In this document: positions 35,069 through 44,708 of the stretch, in pieces
How the letters are laid out: each line of letters starts with the position of its first letter
Position numbering within the stretch: the first letter of the stretch is position 1
Virus record (IMG/VR): IMGVR_UViG_3300046004_002544
Location: 1,040-65,039 of that record
Length of the DNA: 64,000 nt
Direction: 5' to 3' (one strand)
Source of the DNA: a virus
Lineage: Duplodnaviria; Caudoviricetes
Made by a program: the position numbers and the translations under genes
Notes under the pieces: generated by a model
Databases searched by the model: none
What the model was told of the DNA's origin: nothing
Seen by the model: only the letters and a program-made list of their open reading frames with translations

Positions 35069-35122
35069 ATGCGGCCGGCAACAGTGGGCAGGGACATACC
35101 CGTGCTGCCTGGGCAGCAGTCG

Positions 35123-35686
35123 TTACGCCAGGGGGTCGTCGCCTTCCGCCCAGCGGTCGTCGATGTCGTCCTCGGCGAAGTCGTCGGACGCATCCGTCCG
35201 GCTGTCGAGGCGATCGCCGTCCTTCACCTTCTGCAGGTTCTGCAGCCCGAAGGCCACGCCCTTCCCCTTGTTGTCGTAGGAGTAGCAGGTGATCGTCGCC
35301 CGGGCGTAGCAGCCCGGGTAGAACTCGTCCGCGTCCGTGATCGGCGTGCGATCGCGGTCGATGAGGCCGGGCCGCATCTTGGACGAGAGGTTGGCGAACA
35401 TCGTGCCGTCGCCGTAGCCGCCCAGGTCGGCCTTTTCGGCGCCGTCCCGGATCGCGCGCTTGAAGTTGCCGGGGAGGTCCGACATCTTCTTCTTGAAGCG
35501 CTCGAGGCTGACCTCGTCGGCCAGGTCGATCATGCCCTGCCAGAGCTCCTTCTCCTTGGGCGTGAAGAGCCCGGGGGTCCAGATGGCGGCGACGCTGAAC
35601 TTGGGCGCGGAGCCCTCGAACGACTTCGCCTCGAAGACGGCGGGGAACGAGACCCGGAAGACCGGGGTGACAACCTTCTTGACCAT
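35123..35686 (-). CDS. Single-stranded DNA-binding protein (DUF2815 / T7 gp2.5-like)
   Basis: 'RVSFPAVFE', 'FYPGCYARA', 'KGVAFGLQNLQKVKDGDRL', acidic tail. Confidence 0.85.
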   Translation of the reverse strand: MVKKVVTPVFRVSFPAVFEAKSFEGSAPKFSVAAIWTPGLFTPKEKELWQGMIDLADEVSLERFKKKMSDLPGNFKRAIRDGAEKADLGGYGDGTMFANLSSKMRPGLIDRDRTPITDADEFYPGCYARATITCYSYDNKGKGVAFGLQNLQKVKDGDRLDSRTDASDDFAEDDIDDRWAEGDDPLA

Positions 35687-35774
35687 ATCTCACTCGCTTT
35701 GCTAGTTTGGGTCTCTCCAGGCCGGATGGCCAGGAGCCTCTCTTAATGCCAGATCATGGGAGCGATCCGGCCCG

Positions 35775-36065
35775 TCAGTCGGCCCTGAGGCCGACACCCT
35801 GGACCAGGGAGCGGAAGCGCCCCCTGGCGTTGGGCCTGTCCACCACGGTCGCCCAGGGGCAGTCCGCCAGTGCAGTCTTGAACGCTGCTGCCGGCGCAGG
35901 GCGGTGGCCCTCTGCCTGGCACCACAGCGAGTAGTCGCGCCACAGGAGGCGCAGCGGGACAACCAGGGTGGGCCCGAGGGCACACCGGACGCCGACCCAC
36001 AGCCTGACCTGCGCGGCCGATCGCTCGGCCTCCGTGGCCCCTGCGTGGATGCGGAGAGGCGTCAT
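35775..36065 (-). CDS. Small hypothetical protein (primase C-terminal winged-helix-like)
   Basis: 'LWRDYSLWCQAEGHRP...F...L...GVGL'. Confidence 0.5.
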   Translation of the reverse strand: MTPLRIHAGATEAERSAAQVRLWVGVRCALGPTLVVPLRLLWRDYSLWCQAEGHRPAPAAAFKTALADCPWATVVDRPNARGRFRSLVQGVGLRAD

Positions 36066-37444
36066 TCCGCGACGTCCTCCTCGGGCAGGTCGTCCTCAAA
36101 GTCCGCGGTGGGGTCCCACGGAACCGCTGGCCGCGGATCGCTGTCAGGCGCCATGGTGATCTTGCCCACGCCCTTGACAGCGAGCGGGGCCTTCTCCCAC
36201 TCGTCGGGACCGTCTGGGTCCTTCTTCTTGGCCTTCGGGACCTTGACGCCGGCGACCAGCTTCTTGAGCTCCTTGTCCAGCTTTTCGATCTTGGCCGGAC
36301 CGAGGAGCTTGGGCTCGGAGTACAGGGCTTCCTTGTCGACGCCGGCTGCGGTGGCGGCTTCCACGACCGCTGCCTCGTCGACCGCCCAGACGCGGTTGGC
36401 CTTGCCTTGGACCAGCTTGTAGCCGGGCACAGGCAAGCCCTGCTTCAGACGCCGGTCGCCCAGGGTCTTGGCGGCCTTCACCAGGCCGTCCAGGAAGGGC
36501 GCCCACTCGAGCACCTGGCGCAGTCGGTCCAGGGAGCTGGGGTCCAGCTCGTCGAGGGACAGCTCGAGCGCCTGCGGGTCATCAGAGAAGTCGGCCAAGG
36601 CCACCTCCTGAGCCTTCCACAGGGCGCCAGGGCAGGTGGCCTTGGCAGGGCAGAACTGGCACTGCTCGTGACCGGCCTCCAGGTAGGTGCCGGCCCAGTC
36701 CAGGTACTCGGTCTCGTCCTGGCAATTGCTCAGGGCGTCGCGGGCTTCCTCGACCCGGTCGGCGGCGGCGCCCAGCTTGTCGGCGAATTGGCGGAGCTCG
36801 TCCTTGCTGATCCGCCACCGCCGGACCGGGCCGTCTTGGTGGGGACAGCGTGGCTGGACGATGACGACCTCGACCTCCTCGAACAGCCAGTCCACCTCCT
36901 GGGCCATGCCCAGGGCGTAGTACAGACCCTGGGTATTGCCCTCGACCTCAACCGGGACCCCCTGGCCGTGCTTGTAGTCCACGACGCGGAGGAGGCCCAG
37001 GAACTGGTAGATCGTGGCGTCGGAGGTCCCGAACATGCCCGGGCGGAGCCATTCGAGGGAGAAGCGCCGCTCGACGAAGAGCTCGGCGCCGTCACACTCG
37101 GCGAGCATCTCGCGTATGACACCGAGATAGACGTCCACGGCATAGGTCATGTCGTGGTCGACCGGGTAGAAGCCCGACGCCTGGGGAGCCTTGCCCGGCT
37201 CGTACCAGACCTCGCTCTCCATGCCGTCCTCGTACTGGATCGTCCAGCCGAGGTAGTGGGTTGAGCTCTCGTGGCCCTCCAGCAGACAGCGCTCGCCCAA
37301 GGCGTGGGCGGCGGTGCCCTGGTCGGCGGCGGTCGAGGAGTTGTTGCGCTGGCTCTCGGGGAGCTTCGCGGTGAGGGGGATGGACCCCGGGCAGGCGATG
37401 AAGCGCTTGGACCCGGAGGCCGACAGGATTGCGTGAGCGGCCAT
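36062..37444 (-). CDS. Cas4-like PD-(D/E)XK exonuclease (DUF2800)
   Basis: 'HAILSASGSKRFIACPGS', 'GTAAH', 'FGTSD...DYKHG', 'QGLYYALG', 'CQFCPAKATC'. Confidence 0.85.
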   Translation of the reverse strand: MAAHAILSASGSKRFIACPGSIPLTAKLPESQRNNSSTAADQGTAAHALGERCLLEGHESSTHYLGWTIQYEDGMESEVWYEPGKAPQASGFYPVDHDMTYAVDVYLGVIREMLAECDGAELFVERRFSLEWLRPGMFGTSDATIYQFLGLLRVVDYKHGQGVPVEVEGNTQGLYYALGMAQEVDWLFEEVEVVIVQPRCPHQDGPVRRWRISKDELRQFADKLGAAADRVEEARDALSNCQDETEYLDWAGTYLEAGHEQCQFCPAKATCPGALWKAQEVALADFSDDPQALELSLDELDPSSLDRLRQVLEWAPFLDGLVKAAKTLGDRRLKQGLPVPGYKLVQGKANRVWAVDEAAVVEAATAAGVDKEALYSEPKLLGPAKIEKLDKELKKLVAGVKVPKAKKKDPDGPDEWEKAPLAVKGVGKITMAPDSDPRPAVPWDPTADFEDDLPEEDVAE

Positions 37445-37761
37445 CAGTACCAGCCTCGCAGAGCGCCACCGACCTTGCGCCAGTCGGACTGGAAGCGGAG
37501 ACGCCAGCCCTTGCGCAGGGTGCCGCGCCAGGGCCAGAACCACTGCCCAGGTTGGCGTTGGATGATGGACTGGGTCGTCAGCTCGACGGACCAGAGACGG
37601 GGACTCTCCTCGCCTTCGGCGGCGAGGCGGCTCATCGGCACCAGGCCAAAGGACAGGAAGTGCCCCTCCTGTCGGCGCCAGTCCCGCCCAAAGGCGAGCC
37701 AGAAGAAGTTGTCGAGGTGCAGGCGCAGCTCGAGCTGGTTGGGATCGCGCTTCCGCGCCAT
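37444..37761 (-). CDS. Hypothetical Trp-rich protein
   Basis: 105 aa with TGATG coupling to the exonuclease gene. Confidence 0.45.
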   Translation of the reverse strand: MARKRDPNQLELRLHLDNFFWLAFGRDWRRQEGHFLSFGLVPMSRLAAEGEESPRLWSVELTTQSIIQRQPGQWFWPWRGTLRKGWRLRFQSDWRKVGGALRGWY

Positions 37762-37818
37762 TTGCTCACTCTCTCGCTCGAAGGCGGGCGGCGCCGTGCT
37801 TGGCGCCGCCCGTAGTCG

Positions 37819-38130
37819 TCAGGCCTTGGAGGCCTTCTCCAGTGCTGCGGCCGCCGTTGAAGCGTTCGCGGCGACGCCGGCGTACAGGTTGCCGGCCTCG
37901 ATGTGCGCCCGGATGCGGGCGGCCGAGTGCGCAGCCATCTGCTGGGCGACCGCCAGGTCCGAAGCCGCGGCCTCGGCGATGGCGGAGACCGTCTGGTTGT
38001 GCCGCGTGCTCTCCCGGGCAGTGATCCGGGCGTAGCGGGCATTGGAGCGCTTGCGACGCTCCATCAGGGTCGTCGGCGACGTGCTGTCGCCGGACAAGCC
38101 CCTGATGTAGGCGAGGATGCTTTTCAGCAT
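37819..38130 (-). CDS. Hypothetical Ala-rich protein
   Basis: 103 aa with an upstream AAAGGA. High GC3. Confidence 0.55.
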   Translation of the reverse strand: MLKSILAYIRGLSGDSTSPTTLMERRKRSNARYARITARESTRHNQTVSAIAEAAASDLAVAQQMAAHSAARIRAHIEAGNLYAGVAANASTAAAALEKASKA

Positions 38131-38173
38131 GCGGGTTGGTGGTCCTTTCTGATCGGGGGCTGCCGGGATACGC

Positions 38174-38629
38174 TTACTTGACGTCGGCCAGGACGGCGGC
38201 GTACTGGTCGGGCTTCAGGCCGGCCAGGCTGTCCGTGCCGTACTTCTTCAGCACCTCCAGCATGGCGGCCGAGCCCTCGATGTCCCGGTAGTTCTTGAGA
38301 GCGGTGCGCACCTGGTCGACCGTGACCTCGCTGGCGTCAGCGGGCTTTTCCTCGAGCGGGTCAGCGGCCGGCTCGGGTTCGACGACCGTCTCGACGACCG
38401 GTTCGGGTTCGGGCTCAACCTTGGGCTCGGGCGCCGCCGGCTTGTCCTTGGTCGTGGCAGCCGCCTTGGGCTTCTGCTCGGTCGTCTTGGGCGCCATCTT
38501 GGCCGGCTCGGCGGCCGGCTCACCGGAGATGGTGATCGTGGCGACGCCGTTTTCGGCGATCTTCTCCAGCGCCGCGGCGATCCGCTCACTGTTCGTGGCG
38601 ATGGTCGCCAGGTCCTTCTCGATGCTCAT
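38174..38629 (-). CDS. Hypothetical protein (usual companion of DUF2800/DUF2815 genes)
   Basis: 'MSIEKDL', Pro/Glu linker, C-terminal 'VLKKYG...LAGLKPDQYAAVL'. Confidence 0.7.
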   Translation of the reverse strand: MSIEKDLATIATNSERIAAALEKIAENGVATITISGEPAAEPAKMAPKTTEQKPKAAATTKDKPAAPEPKVEPEPEPVVETVVEPEPAADPLEEKPADASEVTVDQVRTALKNYRDIEGSAAMLEVLKKYGTDSLAGLKPDQYAAVLADVK

Positions 38630-38805
38630 TCTCTCTCGCTCCTGTGGCCCCGCAGGACGCGGCGGCTTGGATGTGGAATTGGGAGGATGCCCTGAGCCCT
38701 GTCCCTCCGCCGCCGTCGTTGTGCAATGCACCGGGATGCGGACGACGGTCGCCGGGCCTTAGAAGAGCACGACACATGAGCGACACGAGTTCCGAGGAGT
38801 GAGCC

Positions 38806-39156
38806 TTGAAGAAGACAAAGATACCTGGCCCCAAGCCCGGCTACAAGAAGCCACCGCCAAAGCCGAAGGACCGGATGCAGAAGACCATCCGCCTCGACCA
38901 CGAGCTGGCTGAGCGCGCCGAAGCCCGCGCCCTGGAAGAGACCCTCCGCCTGGGCGTCGAGGTCTGCTTCTCGGACCTGGTGCGCCGGGGCCTTGAGCTG
39001 GTGATCGCGCAGGGCCTGCCGCCCATGCGTAGAGAGATGCGTCCCTGTGACCTGGTGCGATCGCCGGTCGAAGGGTGCAGCTTCTGTACGCGGTGCTCCA
39101 AAACCGTGAACGCGAGCGACACGTGCCCGCGTGACGGAGAGGCGGTGCCCCTTTGA
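38806..39156 (+). CDS. Ribbon-helix-helix-like regulator with Cys-rich tail
   Basis: 'KTIRLDHELAERA...SDLVRRGL' and CxxCxxC. Divergent from the replication arm. Confidence 0.55.
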   Translation: MKKTKIPGPKPGYKKPPPKPKDRMQKTIRLDHELAERAEARALEETLRLGVEVCFSDLVRRGLELVIAQGLPPMRREMRPCDLVRSPVEGCSFCTRCSKTVNASDTCPRDGEAVPL

Positions 39157-41585
39157 GTAGCCGCAAACTGTGGGACTTCAGGCCCGAGCTGCTGGCCGCC
39201 TACCGGGCCACGGGCTACGAGCTCATCCCTCTCCACGCACCCGACGCGGTCGACGCCAAGGGCCGATCCGTAGGCAAGGCGCCTGTCGGTCGCGGCTGGC
39301 GAGCAACACCTCGCCTCTCCGTCGAGGAGGCGCGTGCGCACATGCAGGCCGGCCAGAACATCGGCGTCCGGATGCGTGACACCGACCTGGTCGTCGACGT
39401 CGATCCGCGCAACTTCGCCGACGGAGATGACCCGCTCGAGCGCCTCGGTCGCGACCTGGGCATCGACCTGACCGGCTACCCGACCGTCATCACCGGCTCG
39501 GGCGGCAAGCACATCTATATGCGGAAGCCCGAGGACGCTGTCCTGCGGGATACCCTGGAGGCGTACCAAGGCGTCGAGTTCAAGACCCTCGGGCGCCAGG
39601 TCGTGGCCGCCGGATCGGTGCACCCCTCCGCAGAGCGCCCGTACGTCTGGGATGATGACCCCCTGGCCGTCCCCCTCAAGGACGCCCCGATGGCCCCCGA
39701 GGCGCTGATCGAACTGGCCCGCAGGCCAGGTCGGATGGCGGCGGTGGACGCCGGTGACCGCACACCCGAGGAACTGGCCGCCATGCTGGACGGGCTCGAC
39801 CCGACCCAGTACCGCGACCACTCCGCCTGGCTGGACCTGATGATGGCCTGCCACCACGCGACTGCAGGCGAAGCGCGGGACGAGTGGATCGAGTGGTCGA
39901 CCAGCGACCCGCAGTACGCAGGAGACGCCTGGATCATCGGGCGCCGGTGGGACAGCCTGCACGCCGACCAGTTCGGGCGTCGGATCACAGAGAAGACGCT
40001 CTTCAAGGCGCTCGTCACCGCTGGCCGCCAGGACCTCCTGCCCCGCACCGCTGCAGAGGACGACTTCCCCGAGGACCTCGAGGAGGTGCAGGACGGCGAC
40101 GAGGCCGACCTGCTGGAGATGCTCGCCCTGTTGCCCGACGGCGATCCGGCGAACGGTCCCCTCGAGAAGATGAACGCCATGGGCTACGCGGCGGTCAACG
40201 AGAATGGGGTCTTCCGCGTCTACCGCCAGCGCATGGACTACACGTGGGAGGGCGGCCCCCGGATGTATTGGGAGACGCAGCGCAAGGGCGACTTCCTCGA
40301 CATCCTCTCCAACGTCCGCATCCAGAAGACCAAGGGCGACAAGGTCCAGGTCGTGCCGCTCGCTGGCGAGTGGCTCAAGTGGGGCGGGCGCACCAGCTAC
40401 GACGGGGTCGCCTTCGACCCGGGCAATCGCATCCCAAGGAGCGCAAAGGTCTTGAACCTGTGGACAGACTGGGCCGTAGAGCCTAAGAAGGGAGACTGGT
40501 CGCTCCTGCAGAAGCTGCTCCTCGAGGGCCTCTGTGACGGCGACCGCGAGTCCTACGAATACGTGCTGGACTGGTCGGCCTACATGATCCAGCACCCTGA
40601 CAAGCAGGCCGAAGTGGCCGTGGTCTTCAAGGGCGCGAAGGGCACCGGCAAGGGCACCTACTTCCGGGCCCTGGGCCACCTGGCTGGCCGGCACGGCATG
40701 CACATCTCGAGCCAGCACCACTTCACCAACCACTTCAACGCCCACCTCAGGGACTGTGTGTTCCTGTTCGCCGACGAGGCGATGTGGGCCGGCGACAAGC
40801 GTGCTGAGGGCGAGCTGAAGCGCCTCATCACCGAACCCACCATCCTGTTCGAGGCGAAGGGCAAGGACGCGGTCACGGGTAGGAACATGCTGCACGTGGC
40901 CATGGCCTCGAACGAGGACTGGGTCATCCCCGCCTCGATGGAAGACGAACGCCGCTTCGCGGTCTTCGAGGTGGGCACGGGCTTCCGTGGCAACCGGGCA
41001 TTCTTTGACGCCCTGTACGCCCAGATGGACTCCGGGGGATACGCCGCCCTGCTGTTCGACCTGAAGACCCGGAAGCTGGGCGACTTCCACCCGCGCTCAC
41101 GCATCCCCCAGACCCACGCCCTCGCCCAGCAGAAACTGCAGAGCCTGGACAGTTGGGACTCCTGGTGGTACGACTGCCTGTGCCGGGGTGACCTGGGCCA
41201 CGACGTCAAGCCAGCTGAAGGCCGGTGGGACGACCCGGACCCGACGTCCTCCTGCAAGATGATCGTCGACGACCTCAAGGCCAGCCTGGAGGAGCACCTC
41301 CGCAAGGTCGGCGACAGGTACTTCGGGCGCCGGTCGATGGACACGACCATGGGGCAGCGCATGTCTCGCCGGGTCCCGACTGGCCTGCGCAAGTGGCGGA
41401 TCAAGGCGCCTGACGACCGCATGGACCTCAAGGCCGACAGCTCTGGCCGGGTCTATGCCTACCAGCTGCCGACCCTCGCCGAATGCCGGGCGATGTTTGA
41501 GAACCAGGTGGGCTCCAAGCTGCCCTGGGATGCCTCGGTCGAGGTCGAGGCGATGGACCTGGACATCAACGTACTGGAGGACTGA
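39153..41585 (+). CDS. Primase-polymerase / PriCT-2 / SF3 helicase fusion
   Basis: Prim-Pol 'NIGVR...VVDVDPRN...TGSGGKHIY'. PriCT-2 'WLDLMMACH...WIEWS...RWDS'. Walker A 'GAKGTGKGT', Walker B 'FADE'. Confidence 0.88.
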   Translation: MSSRKLWDFRPELLAAYRATGYELIPLHAPDAVDAKGRSVGKAPVGRGWRATPRLSVEEARAHMQAGQNIGVRMRDTDLVVDVDPRNFADGDDPLERLGRDLGIDLTGYPTVITGSGGKHIYMRKPEDAVLRDTLEAYQGVEFKTLGRQVVAAGSVHPSAERPYVWDDDPLAVPLKDAPMAPEALIELARRPGRMAAVDAGDRTPEELAAMLDGLDPTQYRDHSAWLDLMMACHHATAGEARDEWIEWSTSDPQYAGDAWIIGRRWDSLHADQFGRRITEKTLFKALVTAGRQDLLPRTAAEDDFPEDLEEVQDGDEADLLEMLALLPDGDPANGPLEKMNAMGYAAVNENGVFRVYRQRMDYTWEGGPRMYWETQRKGDFLDILSNVRIQKTKGDKVQVVPLAGEWLKWGGRTSYDGVAFDPGNRIPRSAKVLNLWTDWAVEPKKGDWSLLQKLLLEGLCDGDRESYEYVLDWSAYMIQHPDKQAEVAVVFKGAKGTGKGTYFRALGHLAGRHGMHISSQHHFTNHFNAHLRDCVFLFADEAMWAGDKRAEGELKRLITEPTILFEAKGKDAVTGRNMLHVAMASNEDWVIPASMEDERRFAVFEVGTGFRGNRAFFDALYAQMDSGGYAALLFDLKTRKLGDFHPRSRIPQTHALAQQKLQSLDSWDSWWYDCLCRGDLGHDVKPAEGRWDDPDPTSSCKMIVDDLKASLEEHLRKVGDRYFGRRSMDTTMGQRMSRRVPTGLRKWRIKAPDDRMDLKADSSGRVYAYQLPTLAECRAMFENQVGSKLPWDASVEVEAMDLDINVLED

Positions 41586-41938
41586 TGCCCAAACTGCTGA
41601 ACAAGCGGTTCGACTTCCCGACCCCAGGCTGCGTGGACATCATGCGGCCTGGGATATGGGGCAACCCGTTCGAGGTCGGCAAGGGCTATACCCGCGAGCA
41701 GGCCATCGCCAAGCACCGCTCCTGGATGCACTCGAACAAGGAGCGCCTGGCGCGCCTGGGCGAGCTCGAGGGCCGGGACCTGATGTGCTGCTGTGCCCCC
41801 AAGCCCTGTCACGGGCAAAACCTCCTGGACCTCCTGGCGGACAGGGCCCTGGGCATCGGGGTCTTTGACCCTGATCCAGCCGAACGAGAAAAAGCGGCCT
41901 TGGCCGCACTTTTCAGGTATACGCCTGCGGGCAAGTAG
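41585..41938 (+). CDS. DUF4326-like protein
   Basis: 'IMRPGIWGNPF...ELEGRDLMCCCAPKPCHG'. Confidence 0.75.
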   Translation: MPKLLNKRFDFPTPGCVDIMRPGIWGNPFEVGKGYTREQAIAKHRSWMHSNKERLARLGELEGRDLMCCCAPKPCHGQNLLDLLADRALGIGVFDPDPAEREKAALAALFRYTPAGK

Positions 41939-41946
41939 GCCATATT
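41894..41946 (+). promoter_or_regulatory. Conserved phage promoter P5
   Basis: GCGGCCTTGGCCGC, then TATACG (41918-23)-N17-CATATT (41941-46). Confidence 0.65.
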
Positions 41947-42074
41947 GGGTTGTCACCGGCGTCCTTAGGGGGTCGGGTCCCCTCGCGAACTTACCCTGGT
42001 CCGGGTCCTACATAGGCTGCGAGCTAGTTTTGGCGCAAGGACGCCGGTGACACCCAACCAGACAGGAGCTACCC

Positions 42075-42257
42075 ATGTTCGTCGTCACCTACCTCTCCGG
42101 AGCCACAGATTTTTGGCTTCGCAGCACAGTCTGGACTTCGGCCCGCGAGCGCGCCACCGAGTTCGAGACCCGGGAGGCCGCTCAAGCCGCCCTCGACAAG
42201 GCCAAGCAGTTCATGAAGGCCTCCGTCTACAAGCAGTCCCGCATCGTGGAGGTCTGA
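42075..42257 (+). CDS. Small hypothetical protein
   Basis: 60 aa with RBS AGGAG. Confidence 0.65.
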   Translation: MFVVTYLSGATDFWLRSTVWTSARERATEFETREAAQAALDKAKQFMKASVYKQSRIVEV

Positions 42258-42260
42258 GCC

Positions 42261-42416
42261 ATGGCCGTCCGCTTTGACATCCGCGGAGATGACTACGAAG
42301 GATGGGTAGTGCTCAAGAACGGCCAGCGGATCAGTCCGCCTGAGCGCCTCCCCTCTGAAGAGGCCGCCATTAAGTGGCTCGAGGAGTTTTCGGGGCGCAC
42401 GTTCAGCGCTCTCTAA
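42261..42416 (+). CDS. Small hypothetical protein (51 aa, below the ORF-track cut-off)
   Basis: MAVRFDIRGDDYEGWVVLKNG... after GGAGG. Confidence 0.55.
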   Translation: MAVRFDIRGDDYEGWVVLKNGQRISPPERLPSEEAAIKWLEEFSGRTFSAL

Positions 42417-42843
42417 CCACACAACGAACTGAGGCCCCGGGATCACTCTCGGGGCCCAAGGAGACAGACATCATGGACGACGTCCTTAAATGCACGATCG
42501 CCGACGCTTCTGACGCGATGGCTTGGATTGACTATCTGCACCAGCGTGGCTGGCTGTTCCATTTCGAGGACAGCGTTGACTCCATAGGGTGGGATTGCGA
42601 AGTCCCTCCCACCGAGGAGGAGTGTGTCGCCCTCGAAGAGCGCCGTCAAGAGCTGTGGCTCTACGAGATGGACAACTCCGGTTGGGGCGCCTACTTGGAC
42701 CTGTGGGGCTACTCAGGCGCCAAGATCGGCATCTACGTGCTCGTCGACGGCGTGCTCTATTATGCCGAGGACGACGGCACGGCCACGATGGATGAGCCTT
42801 ACAGGCCGTAAGCCTTACCACACAACGAACTGAGGCCCCGGGA
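42416..42843 (+). repeat. 27-bp direct repeat pair with hairpins flanking one gene
   Basis: ACCACACAACGAACTGAGGCCCCGGGA at 42416-42442 and 42817-42843. Confidence 0.9.
42473..42811 (+). CDS. Acidic hypothetical protein
   Basis: MDDVLKC... after AAGGAG, between the direct repeats. Confidence 0.65.
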   Translation: MDDVLKCTIADASDAMAWIDYLHQRGWLFHFEDSVDSIGWDCEVPPTEEECVALEERRQELWLYEMDNSGWGAYLDLWGYSGAKIGIYVLVDGVLYYAEDDGTATMDEPYRP

Positions 42844-42901
42844 GCGATCCCGGGGCCTCTTTCTTTACGCCGTGGTGTCTTCGGTGACTGGCCGCTAGGC
42901 G

Positions 42902-44005
42902 TTAGCCGACCAGCTCCGCCAGGCGCGCCTGCAGGCCGGCGAGTTCCGGGGCGTAGCGGCTGAGCATCTCCTCGCGGATGCGGGCTTCGGCGTTGGCCCG
43001 CACCTGAGCGATCTCACGGCGGATCAGCGAGGCCGTTTCGGCCCGACGGCGGGCTTCCTCGGCGCGGGCGACATAGGCGGTCGTGTCGACGCGCTGGACG
43101 GTCCACTTGGTCGAGCCGGTGACCATGGACAGGTCGGCGTCGATCTCGCGGACGGTCACCAGCTTCAGGCCGCCGTAGGGGCTGTCCACCACCAGGCGAT
43201 CGCCGACGGCGACGCTGCCCTCGTGCAGGTACTGGTAGCGCTTCGGAGCGCCGTTCTCGTCGAAGGTCACGCGGACGAGCTTGGAGCTCGCGGTCAGGTC
43301 GGTACGTTTGGCCATGGTCGTCTGGTCTTCCGTGTTGCGCAGGACGCACCTGCAGTTGGGATTGGGATTGAGGCTGCGCCAGTTGACCGGGGGCAGCGGG
43401 TTGAGCTCGTCTCGGGTGTACCTGTACGACGAGAGGTACTTAGCGGCGTCGGCCAGGGTGATGTAGGAGTCACCGTCGTCCCACCGCTTCTCGGCGAACC
43501 GCTCGCGGGTCATGCGCTCGTAGCGGGCGCGCTCAGCCGGACTGAACCGCCGTGAGGCCATGCTTTGGATCATGTTCAGCAGGGCGACGTATCGCCGTTG
43601 CTGGCACCGGTGGGAAGCGCTCGCCACCGCCTGGGCCAGACGGCTCAGGTCACCGCCGGCCATGTCGGCGTAGTAGTTGAGGGAATAGTTCCGCCAGTCG
43701 ATGTCCAGCAGGGGCTGGTGACCGCGAAGCTTGATGGGCAGATTGCAGTCCGCCAGGCACCACAGCACCCGCTTGTCCTTGGACCAGCCGGTGGACATGT
43801 TCACGCCCAGGCGCTTCATCTCGTCCCGATCCGCGGGCGAGAAGATGATGATCTTTTCCAGCACGACGTGCTCCTGTCTTTCCGATGATTGGAGAGTGTC
43901 GCACTCCCAGACTTCGTCATCCCAGCGTTGGAGATACAGGTCTCTAAAGAGCTGAGAGCTCATGCCCTGTATGACGTTTTCAACGAGCCGTCCGCCGTAT
44001 GCCAT
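42902..44005 (-). CDS. Hypothetical protein (possible internal start MAKRTDL at 43316)
   Basis: ATG after GGAGG, continuous 367-aa frame. Confidence 0.55.
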   Translation of the reverse strand: MAYGGRLVENVIQGMSSQLFRDLYLQRWDDEVWECDTLQSSERQEHVVLEKIIIFSPADRDEMKRLGVNMSTGWSKDKRVLWCLADCNLPIKLRGHQPLLDIDWRNYSLNYYADMAGGDLSRLAQAVASASHRCQQRRYVALLNMIQSMASRRFSPAERARYERMTRERFAEKRWDDGDSYITLADAAKYLSSYRYTRDELNPLPPVNWRSLNPNPNCRCVLRNTEDQTTMAKRTDLTASSKLVRVTFDENGAPKRYQYLHEGSVAVGDRLVVDSPYGGLKLVTVREIDADLSMVTGSTKWTVQRVDTTAYVARAEEARRRAETASLIRREIAQVRANAEARIREEMLSRYAPELAGLQARLAELVG

Positions 44006-44130
44006 GCTAACCTCCCACGATCCAGCGCCCAACACGCCGCCAGGTCTTACGGACCAGGCGATCGGCGCCGGTCCACGAGCGCCACAGCACCACGAGGGCA
44101 CCGAGGCTGATGAGTACGACGCCCTCCAAG

Positions 44131-44382
44131 CTAGGCGGGCTCTCGGCGGCTGAACTGGTGACAGTCCGCGCCAAACCAGGGCGCCACGGTTAAGCCCACG
44201 CGGGGACAGCGCTCGATGCTGTGGGTTGCGTCCATAGCCACTGTGGTGGAGAGCGGCGCCGACAGGTCGGGCAGGTCGCTCTCAGGCAGGGAGACCGCAG
44301 AGCACAGGGCACAGCATGGGCCATCTCGATACCTGGCCATGGCCGCAAGTATGGGCGCCAGGAAGTCCTCGTCACTGGCCAT
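44131..44382 (-). CDS. Small Cys-rich hypothetical protein
   Basis: 'CCALC...C...DCHQF'. Confidence 0.45.
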   Translation of the reverse strand: MASDEDFLAPILAAMARYRDGPCCALCSAVSLPESDLPDLSAPLSTTVAMDATHSIERCPRVGLTVAPWFGADCHQFSRREPA

Positions 44383-44608
44383 CGAGCACGACCAGCTTGG
44401 CGCAGGGCACGACGACCTGGATCAAGGCGCACATAGGCGTCAGGTCCAGCATCTTGGCGATGTGGGCAGCGCAGGCCTTGTCGGCCTTCTGGCGCTCGTG
44501 CGGGTAGTCCATGTCGGACCGCTGCTGGGTCTCGAACAGGTGGAACACGGTGACGCCTCGGAGACCGCAGGCCTCCTCGAGGGGCACGTCGAGCCGGTAC
44601 TTGGTCAT
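44372..44608 (-). CDS. Small hypothetical protein
   Basis: MTKYRLDV..., coupled to its neighbours. Confidence 0.45.
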   Translation of the reverse strand: MTKYRLDVPLEEACGLRGVTVFHLFETQQRSDMDYPHERQKADKACAAHIAKMLDLTPMCALIQVVVPCAKLVVLDGQ

Positions 44609-44708
44609 CCTGCGAGCACCTTGCTTGCCAGGTAGACGGTCGCCAGGGCGACCAGGATCAGGACCACAATGGGGCCTGGGTTCGGGGGACCATACCCAAC
44701 CTGGGCGC

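Noticed and set aside
34750-35292. ORFs overlapping the tmRNA locus (34750-35292, 34763-35023, 34503-34781)
   Set aside because: Low-complexity translations without RBS. The region is explained by the RNA gene, its promoter and terminators.
36062-37444. Cas4-like nuclease as evidence of a CRISPR-Cas system
   Set aside because: No repeat-spacer array or other cas genes were seen. DUF2800 beside SSB and a family A polymerase is a standard phage replication module.
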